Source: Candidatus Latescibacterota bacterium
GTDB lineage: Bacteria; Latescibacterota; UBA2968; GCA-2709665
NCBI GenBank assembly: GCA_965219455.1
Contig: OZ244744.1
Span: forward strand, 1,312,001-1,376,000
Length of the DNA: 64,000 nucleotides
Direction of reading: 5' to 3'
Each line of letters begins with the position of its first letter. Position 1 is the stretch's first letter. A program made the translations under genes and the position numbers. The notes beneath the pieces were generated by a model that saw only the letters and a program-made list of their open reading frames with translations, made no database searches and was not told the origin of the DNA. Positions 10,266 through 20,116 of this stretch are shown piece by piece.

Positions 10266-11213
10266 ATGGGTGACGATCAGGTTTTCGAAAACAGAATCGG
10301 TAACTTCAGTAGGACCGATAATGTAGACGACCTCACGGCGCTCGGCCTGGCGATCGTGGCGGAAACCCTGGATATTCTGCACGACTTGCAGGGCAAGGCC
10401 AGCGGCGCCATGGTCATCCGCACCCGCGAGGGCGATTACAAGAATTGGGACGCCGAGATCTTCGGTGTGGACGAAGCAGCTGAAGGGGCATACATTGGAA
10501 GGCTGAAGGAAAGCCCGCATCCGGTTGTGCTGCTTTCCGAAGAAGCCGGCATGGTCGATCTCACCGCCGGCAAAGAGGGAGACAAACTCTATGGCGTCTC
10601 CGATCCCTTCGACGGCAGCTGGTTGTACAAGAGGGGGCTGCCGTTCATGCAATACAGTTCCCTGGCGCTCTTCGACGCCAACTTCAATCCTCTTGTTTCC
10701 GTCACCGGCGACGTTTTCAACAAAGACCTGGCGTTTGCCAATGGTACCGGCGCCTATATGGCCAGGCTGGACGGAAACGGCTTAACCGGCGTGGAGATGC
10801 TGGATGAAAGCTATCGCAGGCAACGGCACGGGGAGGCGGCCTCCGGCATCAATGACGCCTGTGTCGAATCGTACCTCCTGAAACCGGCCAAATTCCTCAT
10901 GCCACTCATCGATGAATACAGGCCGGTCATCGATGCATTCAAAATGCTCCACCCCAACGGCGGCCCGTACGCATTCGCCGAGGCCGCGGCAGGGCAGATC
11001 GACGTCTACTTTGCCAGGCAGCAGCCCTACGTCGACGTCTTCTCCGGTATCCAGATCGCGGAACAGGCCGGCCTGGTTGTTACCGATTTCGACGGTAACG
11101 ACGTGCCGAAGCCCACTGAAGATTACGAGACCGTCTTCGACGTCCTGGTCAGCCGGACGCAGACCCTGCACGACCAAACCCTCGAGAAAATCTCGGAATG
11201 CAGAAAGGAATAA
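10266..11213 (+). CDS. Inositol monophosphatase/FBPase-superfamily protein
   Basis: LLSEE, SDPFDGS (DPxDGT-like), AAAGQID and YVDVFSG...EQAGLVVTDFDG. Confidence 0.85.
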   Translation: MGDDQVFENRIGNFSRTDNVDDLTALGLAIVAETLDILHDLQGKASGAMVIRTREGDYKNWDAEIFGVDEAAEGAYIGRLKESPHPVVLLSEEAGMVDLTAGKEGDKLYGVSDPFDGSWLYKRGLPFMQYSSLALFDANFNPLVSVTGDVFNKDLAFANGTGAYMARLDGNGLTGVEMLDESYRRQRHGEAASGINDACVESYLLKPAKFLMPLIDEYRPVIDAFKMLHPNGGPYAFAEAAAGQIDVYFARQQPYVDVFSGIQIAEQAGLVVTDFDGNDVPKPTEDYETVFDVLVSRTQTLHDQTLEKISECRKE

Positions 11214-11216
11214 CTG

Positions 11217-12188
11217 ATGGCCCATAACGGAACTGGCACGAAGGACGATCCGGTCATCGTTACCGAACTGGCGGGGGAAGATGTTCCCGGCGAGTTGAGA
11301 CCTTCCAACTTCTTCGACCTCGACAGATATCCGTTCGAGCACCGCGCGCTGGTGGACGGGGCAAGGTCGGTCGTGGATCTCATCGGCAAAGACGGAATCG
11401 AAAAATACGCAAGGGAATGGCTGGCCGAAAAAATCGGTTCGGCGGAAGGCGTGGAAGAACGGACCGGCCTCACCGGAATCGGGAACTACACCGTGCTGGT
11501 CGAACCCGGCGCCGTATGCGAACCTCTCTTCGTGCACGGATCGCTCGATGGCGGGGGCCACACGCTCTACGTCGCAAGAAACGCAAAGGTGGTGGGTGCG
11601 GTCGTCTACCTCGACAGTGGGGACATCTACGTCGGTTCCGGAGCCGTTATCGAGCCCACGGCCGGCGTGAAGGGCCCGGCCATCATCGGCCCGAATAACG
11701 AAATCCGTCAGGGCGCTTATCTCCGGGGCAACACCATCCTGGGCGGTCACAGGAAACAGGGTGACAACGCCATCCGGGGCGAACTCAAAAACGTTCTGTT
11801 GCTAAACGAAGCCAATTTCCCCCATCCCTCGTATCTCGGCGACAGCCTCTGCGGGTACGCCACCCACTTCGGCAACCAGGCCACGGCCGCGAACCTGGGC
11901 ATCATCCAGGGCGTTCGTGAACGGGACAAGCGCGTCAACCTGAAGGTCGAAATCAACGACAAATGGTACGACCTCGGCGGATCCAAAATGGGCGTGGTTC
12001 TCGGCGACAGAACCCAACTGGCCTGCGGATCCCTCACGGATCCAGGCACCCTGCTGGGGCCGACGTGCATCTCCTACGGCCTTGCGTACGTCAAAGCCGG
12101 CTACTATCCCGCCGGCACCATGTTCAAAACCCGGTCCGAGAGGGTCGTCGAGACGCAGAAAGGCATCTTCGATCCGGACAAGCTCTAG
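11217..12188 (+). CDS. Left-handed beta-helix (hexapeptide) protein, GlmU C-terminal/acetyltransferase-like
   Basis: IEPTAGVKGPAIIGPNNEIRQGAYLRG, ELKNVLL, HPSYLGDS, KMGVVLGD. Confidence 0.75.
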   Translation: MAHNGTGTKDDPVIVTELAGEDVPGELRPSNFFDLDRYPFEHRALVDGARSVVDLIGKDGIEKYAREWLAEKIGSAEGVEERTGLTGIGNYTVLVEPGAVCEPLFVHGSLDGGGHTLYVARNAKVVGAVVYLDSGDIYVGSGAVIEPTAGVKGPAIIGPNNEIRQGAYLRGNTILGGHRKQGDNAIRGELKNVLLLNEANFPHPSYLGDSLCGYATHFGNQATAANLGIIQGVRERDKRVNLKVEINDKWYDLGGSKMGVVLGDRTQLACGSLTDPGTLLGPTCISYGLAYVKAGYYPAGTMFKTRSERVVETQKGIFDPDKL

Positions 12189-12190
12189 TA

Positions 12191-12229
12191 TGCTGTCCCG
12201 GAAACAGGTTGCCTAAATTCGGGACAGCA
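12191..12229. repeat. Short palindromic repeat, second copy at 37005-37037
   Basis: GTCCCGGAAA(C/T)AG(G/A)TTGCCTAAATTCGGGACAG is present at both sites. Confidence 0.7.
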
Positions 12230-12425
12230 CACTGGAAGACGTCCCGGCGAGGTCCGGCGGCGTCTTCCCATTCCAGAACAAGAACGACAACGCATTTCGA
12301 ATCCATCGGAAGCGTTGTCGTTTTCTCTTTTCGTCCGTCAACGTCCGCGGCGCGTCGGGATGTGTCCCAGAAGGCGGCCGAGAGAGGCCGCTTCCCGATC
12401 TCCGCGATTCCGGAAGGACAACTGG

Positions 12426-14009
12426 ATGATTGGCCAGAAAAACACGCATGAATGGATCCGGGCGATTCGCGGCCGGGACAACGATCTGATCTCCCGCCTT
12501 CAGTCCATCTACGGCAACAGCGAGAGCCTTCTTGAAGAACGTCTGAACGCCCTGTCGGAAACGGCGACCCGATTCGGGGAAGCCTACGGCGACAGGGGCA
12601 TCAGTTTTGTCAGGTCGCCGGGAAGATTGAACACCGTGGGCATGCACGCCGACCACCGGGGGGCCTTTATCAACCCCATCTCCCTGGACAAAGAGATCCT
12701 CATCTGTTTTTCCCGCAGAGACGACGACCGGGTTGAAGTCCACAATTTGGACCCGGCCTATGGAACCCGGCGTTTCCATTTGTCGGAAACGTACCCGGAC
12801 GCGCCGATCCGTTCTGACGCCGAGTGGCTGGACTGGACGCAGGAAAAAACCGACGAACGCAAGGCGGCGGGCGTAAACGAGGACTGGATTACAAAACTGC
12901 AGGCCCCGCCGGCCTACCTGCACACCCGCTATCCCGATAAACAGCTCATGGGCTTCGACGGGGTCCTGGGAAGCAGCATTCCCGACCAGGGCGGCTTGAG
13001 CTCCTCGTCTGCGGTTGTGGTTGCGTTGATCGAAATCATGACACACGTCAACGACATCGATCTGGACGACGGGCAGTTCGTAAGGTATGCGGGCACCGCG
13101 GAATGGTACGTGGGGACCCGGGGCGGCTTCGGCGACCACGCCGCGATCAAGTGCGGCCAACTGGGAAAAATCACCCACATGAAGACCCTGCCCGAGTTGA
13201 TGATCGACGCCTATCTTCCGTTCCCGGACGGTTATCAGATCGTCATCTTCGACTCGGGTGTCCAGGCCAACAAAACCGGAGCCGCCGGGCAGAAATTCAA
13301 TGAAAAGACGGCAACCTACGAGATTGGAGAGGTCTATCTCAGAAACCACCTGGAAGCACACCACCCGGACGTCATCCGACGGGTGGTGGAGGCCAGAAAA
13401 GATCTGGAAATCGAAAAAAAGTTCCACCTCGCCGACGTGGTCGAGTGCCTGGACCAGTCTCAGATTTATGAATTGATCGGGGGCCTGCCTGAACAGATTG
13501 ACCGCCGGGGGCTGCTGCGCCAGTTGCCTGAACAGAAGCGATTTCTTGAACAGCAATTCGCGACCCACGATGAACCTGCAAACGGCTACCAGGTCCGCAT
13601 GGTCATCACGTACGGGATCGCCGAGTCCGAACGCAGCAGAAATCTGAAGGACGTGTTGAACCGGAACCGGGTGGACCTCTACGGCCAGCTGATGAATGTC
13701 TCCCACGACGGCGACCGAGTGCACCTGGACGCGCCCCGATTCGACCCGGGAAAAGACCTCCACCTCCAGCCGGGCGACTACAATTGCAGCATCCCGCAGA
13801 TCGATGAAATGGTCGACGTCGCCCTGGATGCCGGCGCCGAGGGCGCGCAAGTATCCGGCGCCGGCCTGGGCGGAAGTATGATGGTCCTGGTCAAATCAGA
13901 CGGCGTGCAGGGTATCATCGAAGCCATGCGCGATAGGTACTACACCCTCCGCGGGATCGAGGAACGACTGACGGTTGCGTCTCCCGTTCAGGGCGCCGGG
14001 GTTTTGTAG
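12426..14009 (+). CDS. Galactokinase-like GHMP sugar kinase
   Basis: SPGRLNTVGMHADH, GHMP motif IPDQGGLSSSSA, GGFGDH, GAQVSGAGLGG. Start set to the ATG at 12426 after AAGGA. Confidence 0.85.
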   Translation: MIGQKNTHEWIRAIRGRDNDLISRLQSIYGNSESLLEERLNALSETATRFGEAYGDRGISFVRSPGRLNTVGMHADHRGAFINPISLDKEILICFSRRDDDRVEVHNLDPAYGTRRFHLSETYPDAPIRSDAEWLDWTQEKTDERKAAGVNEDWITKLQAPPAYLHTRYPDKQLMGFDGVLGSSIPDQGGLSSSSAVVVALIEIMTHVNDIDLDDGQFVRYAGTAEWYVGTRGGFGDHAAIKCGQLGKITHMKTLPELMIDAYLPFPDGYQIVIFDSGVQANKTGAAGQKFNEKTATYEIGEVYLRNHLEAHHPDVIRRVVEARKDLEIEKKFHLADVVECLDQSQIYELIGGLPEQIDRRGLLRQLPEQKRFLEQQFATHDEPANGYQVRMVITYGIAESERSRNLKDVLNRNRVDLYGQLMNVSHDGDRVHLDAPRFDPGKDLHLQPGDYNCSIPQIDEMVDVALDAGAEGAQVSGAGLGGSMMVLVKSDGVQGIIEAMRDRYYTLRGIEERLTVASPVQGAGVL

Positions 14010-14040
14010 GGAGTACCGCGTGCCATCGGCATGTCGAGAC

Positions 14041-14677
14041 GTTGAGGAGGCGCGTGTGAAGGTGGGGTAGACATTCCTGTCTGCCCTTCTCATTGTCCGC
14101 CTGCCGCCTGAAGAGGGATGGCAACCTCTCCCCCGGCCCCTCCCCGACGCGGGGAGGGGAGCAGTGCCTCACGTGCCGCCTGGCAGGCCGCGCGAGTGAC
14201 GGACGCTCAGGTCTCATTCGACGCTGCAGTAGATCCTTCGTCAGCCTGGCGCCTGCCTGTGCCGGGCACGGCAGACAGGGCTTCCTCAGGATGACAGTTT
14301 GTGCCGAGACCTGACAGACAGGTTTCGCGGATGCTGATTGCAAAGCATGTCATTCTGAGCGAAGTCGAAGAATCTCCCGTCTTCACGCTTGTCCTTAACG
14401 CCAAACACGCGGTAAACACATTTGCGCGGAGACGTCGTCGGCATCGAAGCGGGCAGACAGGAATGTCCGCCCCACCTTCAAAAACGTTCCGTCCTCAGGA
14501 TGACAGGTTGTGCCAAGACCTGACGGACAGGTTTCGCCAATGGTTATTGCAAAGCATGTCATTCTGAGCGAAGTCGAAGAATCTCCCGTCTACTCGATTG
14601 GCCTTAACGCCAAAAACGCGGTAAACACATTTGCGCGGAGACATCGTTGGCATCGGGGCAGGCAGGCCCCACCTTCA
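14041..14677. repeat. Composite repeat region (REP-like hairpins plus a 209-bp tandem duplication)
   Basis: 14283-14480 is repeated at 14492-14677. Includes TGTCATTCTGAGCGAAGTCGAAGAATCTC, CCCCTCCCC...GGGGAGGGG and GGGCAGACAGGAATGTC(T/C)GCCCCACC units. Confidence 0.85.
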
Positions 14678-14725
14678 GACTTGTCTCCTCCGCATGACAG
14701 TTGCAACTATCGACCCCCTGTCATT

Positions 14726-16975
14726 CTACGCCGCCTTGCCGAAGGCCCAGGCGAAGACCAGGAAGTCCGCAAAGCCGATTGTCCCGTCCCGGTCCAGGTC
14801 AAAGCGCGGGTCGTAACCGACCTCGCCCCGGCTGAATCCGAACTTCGCGGCGAATTTGACGAAATCGCCAAAACCCACCTCGCCGTCGCCGTCGAAGTCC
14901 GGGACACGCGATTGTGTGGACGTAAACGAAGCCGTATCCCACAAATAGATCCAGAAGTCGGATGCGGCGGCCAACACGCCGCCGTCGGGCGAGAACGCTA
15001 TCGATTTGACCCAACTTGGCTGGGCGAACGTGTCAACTAACTTTTCACTCGTCACGTCCCACAGGTCGACCCTCCCAAGGCCTGAATCGGCTGCCAGGGC
15101 GCCGCCGTCGGGCGAGAACGCCACGTCCCCTACTCTTCGGTCACCCGCATCGAGCGTGGCGATGTGTTGCCGGGACGCCACGTCCCACAGTCTGACGGTA
15201 CCTTCCGTCGACCCCGAGGCCAACAGGCCGCCGTCGGGCGAGAACGCCACGGAATTGACGTGGTTGCCATGACCTTCCAGCGTGGCGATCTCTTCCCGGG
15301 ACGCCACGTCCCACAGCTTGATCGTCCTATCACCAGACCCCGAAGCCAGGGTGGTCCCATCGGGCGAGAACGCCAGAGACCTGACGCCTTGTGAAGTAGT
15401 ATGCCCCTTCAACGTCGCGATCTCTTCCCGGGACGCCACGTCCCACAGTATCACGGTACTATCCGATACCGAGGCCAACAGGTCGCCGTCCGGCGAATAC
15501 GCCACGGACCTGACGTAGTTGCCATGCCATTCCAGCGTGGCGACCTCTTCCCGGGACGCCACGTCCCACAGTGTGACGTTACCCTGCCACAATCCCGACG
15601 CCAGAGTGCTCCCATCGGGCGAAAACGCCACAGACGCGACCCCGTAAGTGTTAGGCGCTTCGAGCGTGGCGAGGTGTTGCCGGGACGCCACGTCCCACAG
15701 TCTGACGGTACCTTCCGTCGACCCCGCGGCCAATAGGCCGCCGTCAGGCGAGAATGCCACAGAGGTGAAAGCATCACAAGATTGATCCTTAAGGGACGCC
15801 AGGTGATACGGCGACTGTTGCGCAATCACAGACGAGACGGTTCCCGTGTTCCCATGCGTATCCGTAGATATACCCCACAAGAAATGCGCAGGGGAATCCG
15901 AAAGACTCGAATTGCGCTGGCCTGGTATAACGCCGTCATACTCGAACGCGACGATGGTCTCCGTTTCGCCTGCCAACATACGGCACGCCTTGACGTTCGG
16001 GATTGCACCCACTCGCCATTGGCGGGGGCTGCGAACCATCAGGATCACCTGGTGAACGCCATCCGGGTCGCTCACCCTCATCGGGATGGTCACGTGCGTC
16101 GAGCCGGCAGGATACCAGCGCGTGGGGGCGATGAATTCGATGGTGGGCCGCGATGACCAATCGGTTTCCTGTGAGATCTCGGGATTGAACCAGGACGCCA
16201 CCGACAGATATCCCGCCGAGCAGGCCGACAACCGCCACCGACTTCTTCCGCCAGACGACATGACGTGGTTTTTATCGCGGTAATCGTGCCAATCTATCCC
16301 GAAAGCATGGCCCAGTTCATGGGCGACTGTATTGAATCCGAAGCCTGCCGAAACGAACGCATAACCGTTGTTCTTATTCCCATTTCCCATTCCTGACCAC
16401 CCTCCGCCAGAGATATCGTAAATATGATCTTTACTGTTGTCAACAACGACAAGGTACACGTGGTAACGTCTTTCATACTCCCGAAAAATCTCGTTCAAGG
16501 AACGGTTACTCGTGGCTTTGAGATAATAGGCGTCGCCGTGATCGCCGTCCACGCGGTGCACCAGGGGCTCACCCTCCGAATCCGTCTCATAGCGGAAGTT
16601 CATCCCCCCGTACCCGTGCGCAGCCATCTGCTCTCCGAAGAACGTATGCGTCAGACGCATCATCGTCTTCATCGAATCCACCACCTCCTGACGATAGGGA
16701 CGGTCGTTCGGCAGAAAGTAGATCATGCGCACCGTGCGCGGCTCTCCCGCGTTCTTTTCCGCCGCCGCCTTCCCCGCATGCGGCAGATCCTCCCGCAGCC
16801 ACGCCTCGTCATCCACCACCGCGCCTGCCTGCGTACCGCGGACAGACAGGCAGAAGTGCACGCCGTCGGCAGGCGGCGACGAAACAGTAGCCACCGTCGG
16901 CAGACAGAGCACTACCAGTAAACACGCCGCCAGCGTGAACATCGACGTCAGCCAACGATCGCTCGATCTCTTCAT
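14726..16975 (-). CDS. Secreted metzincin-like peptidase + WD40 beta-propeller + dockerin/EF-hand-like C-terminus
   Basis: Signal peptide; HELGHAFGIDWH...HVMS; about 7 SVAFSPDG...LWDV repeats; PDFDGDGEVGFGDF...DLDRDGTIGFADF. Confidence 0.9.
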   Translation of the reverse strand: MKRSSDRWLTSMFTLAACLLVVLCLPTVATVSSPPADGVHFCLSVRGTQAGAVVDDEAWLREDLPHAGKAAAEKNAGEPRTVRMIYFLPNDRPYRQEVVDSMKTMMRLTHTFFGEQMAAHGYGGMNFRYETDSEGEPLVHRVDGDHGDAYYLKATSNRSLNEIFREYERRYHVYLVVVDNSKDHIYDISGGGWSGMGNGNKNNGYAFVSAGFGFNTVAHELGHAFGIDWHDYRDKNHVMSSGGRSRWRLSACSAGYLSVASWFNPEISQETDWSSRPTIEFIAPTRWYPAGSTHVTIPMRVSDPDGVHQVILMVRSPRQWRVGAIPNVKACRMLAGETETIVAFEYDGVIPGQRNSSLSDSPAHFLWGISTDTHGNTGTVSSVIAQQSPYHLASLKDQSCDAFTSVAFSPDGGLLAAGSTEGTVRLWDVASRQHLATLEAPNTYGVASVAFSPDGSTLASGLWQGNVTLWDVASREEVATLEWHGNYVRSVAYSPDGDLLASVSDSTVILWDVASREEIATLKGHTTSQGVRSLAFSPDGTTLASGSGDRTIKLWDVASREEIATLEGHGNHVNSVAFSPDGGLLASGSTEGTVRLWDVASRQHIATLDAGDRRVGDVAFSPDGGALAADSGLGRVDLWDVTSEKLVDTFAQPSWVKSIAFSPDGGVLAAASDFWIYLWDTASFTSTQSRVPDFDGDGEVGFGDFVKFAAKFGFSRGEVGYDPRFDLDRDGTIGFADFLVFAWAFGKAA

Positions 16976-17051
16976 ACCAGCATCACTCCTTTCGGGTCAT
17001 TGCCAACGTCACATCAAACACAGTCTCTTGACGCGCGACCGGACGGCGACC

Positions 17052-17422
17052 CCTCCCCCGGCCCCTCCCCGACGCGGGGAGGGGAGCAGTGCCTCACGTG
17101 CCGCCTGGCAGGCCGCGCGAGTGACGGACGCTCAGGTCTCATTCGACGCTGCAGTAGATCCTTCTTCAGCCTGACGGCTTCCTCAGGATGACAGTTTGTG
17201 CCGACGGGTGGCCGACACAGTTCGCCAATCGCTATCGCAATACATGTCATTCAGAGCGCAGCGAAGAATCTCCCGTCTTCTCGATTGGACGTGGAGCGGA
17301 AGCCTTCACCAGCCCATTTGCGCGGAGACATCGTCGGGCATCGAGGCGGGCAGACAGGAATGTCCGCCCCACCTTCACACACGCTTCCTCACAGTGCGGG
17401 CGCCCACAAGGGACGCCCCTAC
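17052..17422. repeat. Composite repeat, direct copy of ~14128-14480
   Basis: Near-identical run from CTCCCCCGGCCCCTCCCCGACGCGGGGAGGGGAGCAGTGCC to CCTCAGGATGACAGTTTGTGCCGA, then GTCATT...GAAGAATCTCCCGTC and a REP. Confidence 0.85.
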
Positions 17423-17525
17423 ACTGGCATCGGGGCGTGATGCGCATGGCCTGCCTGACAGGTGGGGTGGGTGTGTCGTGAAATGCGTCGCTGCTGTCAC
17501 ATTTTGCGACAGTGGGAGGGACATA

Positions 17526-20030
17526 TTACGACGTCGATTTACCGAAGGCCCCGGCGAAGATGAGAAAGTCCGCGAACCCGATCGTCCCGTCCCCATCCAG
17601 GTCGCACCGGACGTCGTACCCTTCGTCGCCCTGACGTTGTCCGAACTTTGCCGCAAACAGCACGAAATCGCCAAAGTCTATCTCCCCGTCGCCATTCACG
17701 TCGGGGCTGCCATGGGCACGCGCCGTAAAGACCGCCGGCTCGAGATCGGCCGCGCGCGCCACCACGGTGTTCATCCCCGCCTCCCTGCCCAGCGTCAAGG
17801 TCGTGGTGGCGTTCCCGCTCGTATCGGCCCTGGCGGCCGTTGCCGATACCGCGCCGCCGCCGTCGGTTACGGTAAACAGCACGGGCATGTCCGGAAACGG
17901 GTCTCCGTGCTCGTCACGCACCGACACCACGAACGGCGCGGCCAATGCCGACGCCACCGCACCCTGCTGCCCATCGCCAGAGACCGTCCTCACGAGAACG
18001 GGACGCCGGCGCACCCACTCGGAGGTGTCCCACACCTCTATCCTGCCTCTGTAGGTTGACGCCGCCAGCACGGACCCGTCGTGCCAATAGGCCAGCGAAG
18101 AGATCGAGCCGGTATGCGGCAGCCTCTCGTAGAGCTTCCCCGTGGCGGCGTTGCGCAGGATCACCGTACCTTCCGGGCCCCCCGAGGCCAGGATCTCCCC
18201 GTCCGGCGAAAACGTCAGATAATTGACCGTAGGCGCATGCACCATGGGCAGGTCCGCGATAATGTTCCGCGCGGCCGCGTCCCACAGCGCGATCAACCCC
18301 TCGGCCCCCGCGGTGGCAGCCAGCACGCGCCCGTCAGGCGAGAACGCGATTGAATTGATGCCTCTCCCGCCGGGCCGCACAAGCCGGTACCGTACCTTGC
18401 GCGCGGCCACGTCCCAGAGCCCGATGGAATAGTCGTATGAAGCCGACGCCAGGATGCTGCCGTCAGGCGAAAACAGCAACTGTGAAATTGAGCCGGTATG
18501 CCCTTTCAGGACGCCCATCAGTTCTCCGGTGGCCACGTCCCATACCTTCATCTTGTCCTCGTCGGAAAATGCGCCCGAGATCAGCGTCGCGCCGTCGGGA
18601 GAGAACGCCAACGCAAGCGTCCACCACGTATGCCCTGCCAGCGTGCCCGTCCGCTCCCGCGACGCCACGTCCCACAGCGTGATCCAGCCGTCTACGGTTC
18701 CCGCGGCCAGCATCGACCCGTCCGGCGAGAACGCCAGCGACCGAATCTCGCTGTCGCTCCCGCTCAGGGTGGCCGTCTCTTCATACGTCTTCGTATCCCA
18801 CAGCTTGATGGTGCTGTCCCCCGATCCCGATGCCAGCGTCGTCCCGTCGGGGGACATTGCGAGCTGTCGGACGAATTTCGTATGTCCTTCCAGCGTGGCC
18901 AGGTGATACGGCGACCGCTGTGCGAACGTCCACCCCTCGTAGCCCTGATCACCTCGCTTGTCCACCGCCAGGAATCCGATATAATGGGATGGCGGATCCG
19001 ACAACGACGTGATGGTTCTACGGCCGGGTACCACGCCGTCATACTCGTACTCGATGACCGCTTCCTTCCCCCCCGACAGCGTGCGGCACGCCTTGAGTTC
19101 GAGAATAAAGCTCCCGCCGATGGGGTCCGAAATCAACATGGTCAGCTGATGCAGGCCGTGACGCGCCTTGAGCTTCAGACGCACGGTAATGCTTTGCGAA
19201 CCCTCTTCATACCACAAGGGCGACAGCAGCTCAACCGTGGGGCGTGCGTCCCAATCCCATTCAAGGGGGACCTCCGCGTTGAAAAAAGGGTGCACGGACA
19301 GGAACGCCGCGCTGCACGCCGATAGACGATCTCTTCCGCGCACTATCGAGAGGATGTGCGCGTGATCCCGGGAATCGTGGTAGAGCATCCCGAAGGCGTG
19401 CGCCAGTTCGTGCGCGGCTGTGTCGAAGCTGACACCGCCGGGAACGTACACCATCCCTCCATCCTTGCCACCGGCCGCCCTGCCTGCCGGGGCGCCAAAA
19501 GGACCCAGTCTGTGTCCGAAGCGGTTGTCGATCACGATGAACAGAACGACGTTGGCCGGATCATACGCGTCCCTGACCTCCCTTTGCACCGTTTCCGTCA
19601 TACGGTTGTCATAATAGCGGTCCGCGTGGGCGCCGTCCAGGCGGTGCACCACGGGCTCGCCATCCGCGTCCGCCTCATAGCGGAACGTCGTATAACCATA
19701 CCCGTGCGATTCCATCTGCTGTCCGAAGAACCGCTGCAGACGCACCATCATCGCCTTCATCGTATCCACCACCGACTGCCGGTACGGACGGTCGTTCGGC
19801 AGAAAGTAGATCAGTCGCACCGTACGCGGCTCGCCTACGTTCAACTCCGACGCAACCTTGCCCGCAACAGCAGCATCGTCCCGCCGCGCCTCGTGATCCA
19901 GCACCTCGCAGCGGTACTCACCCACGGCAGGCGGCGACGCGGGACCCGGAGCCGGGTAGCAGAGCAATGCCAGAAAGCACGTCGCCAGCGTCAACGTTAC
20001 TTGCAAACGATCAACAATCCATCTATCCAC
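17526..20030 (-). CDS. Secreted metzincin-like peptidase + WD40 + invasin-type Ig domain + dockerin/EF-hand-like C-terminus
   Basis: HELAHAFGMLYH; WD40 repeats; VSGDGQQG...PFVVSVRD...VLFTVTDGGG Ig module; PDVNGDGEIDFGDF...DLDGDGTIGFADF. Confidence 0.9.
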   Translation of the reverse strand: MDRWIVDRLQVTLTLATCFLALLCYPAPGPASPPAVGEYRCEVLDHEARRDDAAVAGKVASELNVGEPRTVRLIYFLPNDRPYRQSVVDTMKAMMVRLQRFFGQQMESHGYGYTTFRYEADADGEPVVHRLDGAHADRYYDNRMTETVQREVRDAYDPANVVLFIVIDNRFGHRLGPFGAPAGRAAGGKDGGMVYVPGGVSFDTAAHELAHAFGMLYHDSRDHAHILSIVRGRDRLSACSAAFLSVHPFFNAEVPLEWDWDARPTVELLSPLWYEEGSQSITVRLKLKARHGLHQLTMLISDPIGGSFILELKACRTLSGGKEAVIEYEYDGVVPGRRTITSLSDPPSHYIGFLAVDKRGDQGYEGWTFAQRSPYHLATLEGHTKFVRQLAMSPDGTTLASGSGDSTIKLWDTKTYEETATLSGSDSEIRSLAFSPDGSMLAAGTVDGWITLWDVASRERTGTLAGHTWWTLALAFSPDGATLISGAFSDEDKMKVWDVATGELMGVLKGHTGSISQLLFSPDGSILASASYDYSIGLWDVAARKVRYRLVRPGGRGINSIAFSPDGRVLAATAGAEGLIALWDAAARNIIADLPMVHAPTVNYLTFSPDGEILASGGPEGTVILRNAATGKLYERLPHTGSISSLAYWHDGSVLAASTYRGRIEVWDTSEWVRRRPVLVRTVSGDGQQGAVASALAAPFVVSVRDEHGDPFPDMPVLFTVTDGGGAVSATAARADTSGNATTTLTLGREAGMNTVVARAADLEPAVFTARAHGSPDVNGDGEIDFGDFVLFAAKFGQRQGDEGYDVRCDLDGDGTIGFADFLIFAGAFGKSTS

Positions 20031-20116
20031 GTCGCCATCACTCCCTTCACGTTATTGGCGACATCACATCACCCTCAGTCCCTCATTGGAGTACAATCAG
20101 CCTTCAATCACAGTAA

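Noticed and set aside
14283-14677. CRISPR array
   Set aside because: Only two 209-bp units with homologous interiors; no short repeat/unique spacer periodicity and no cas genes.
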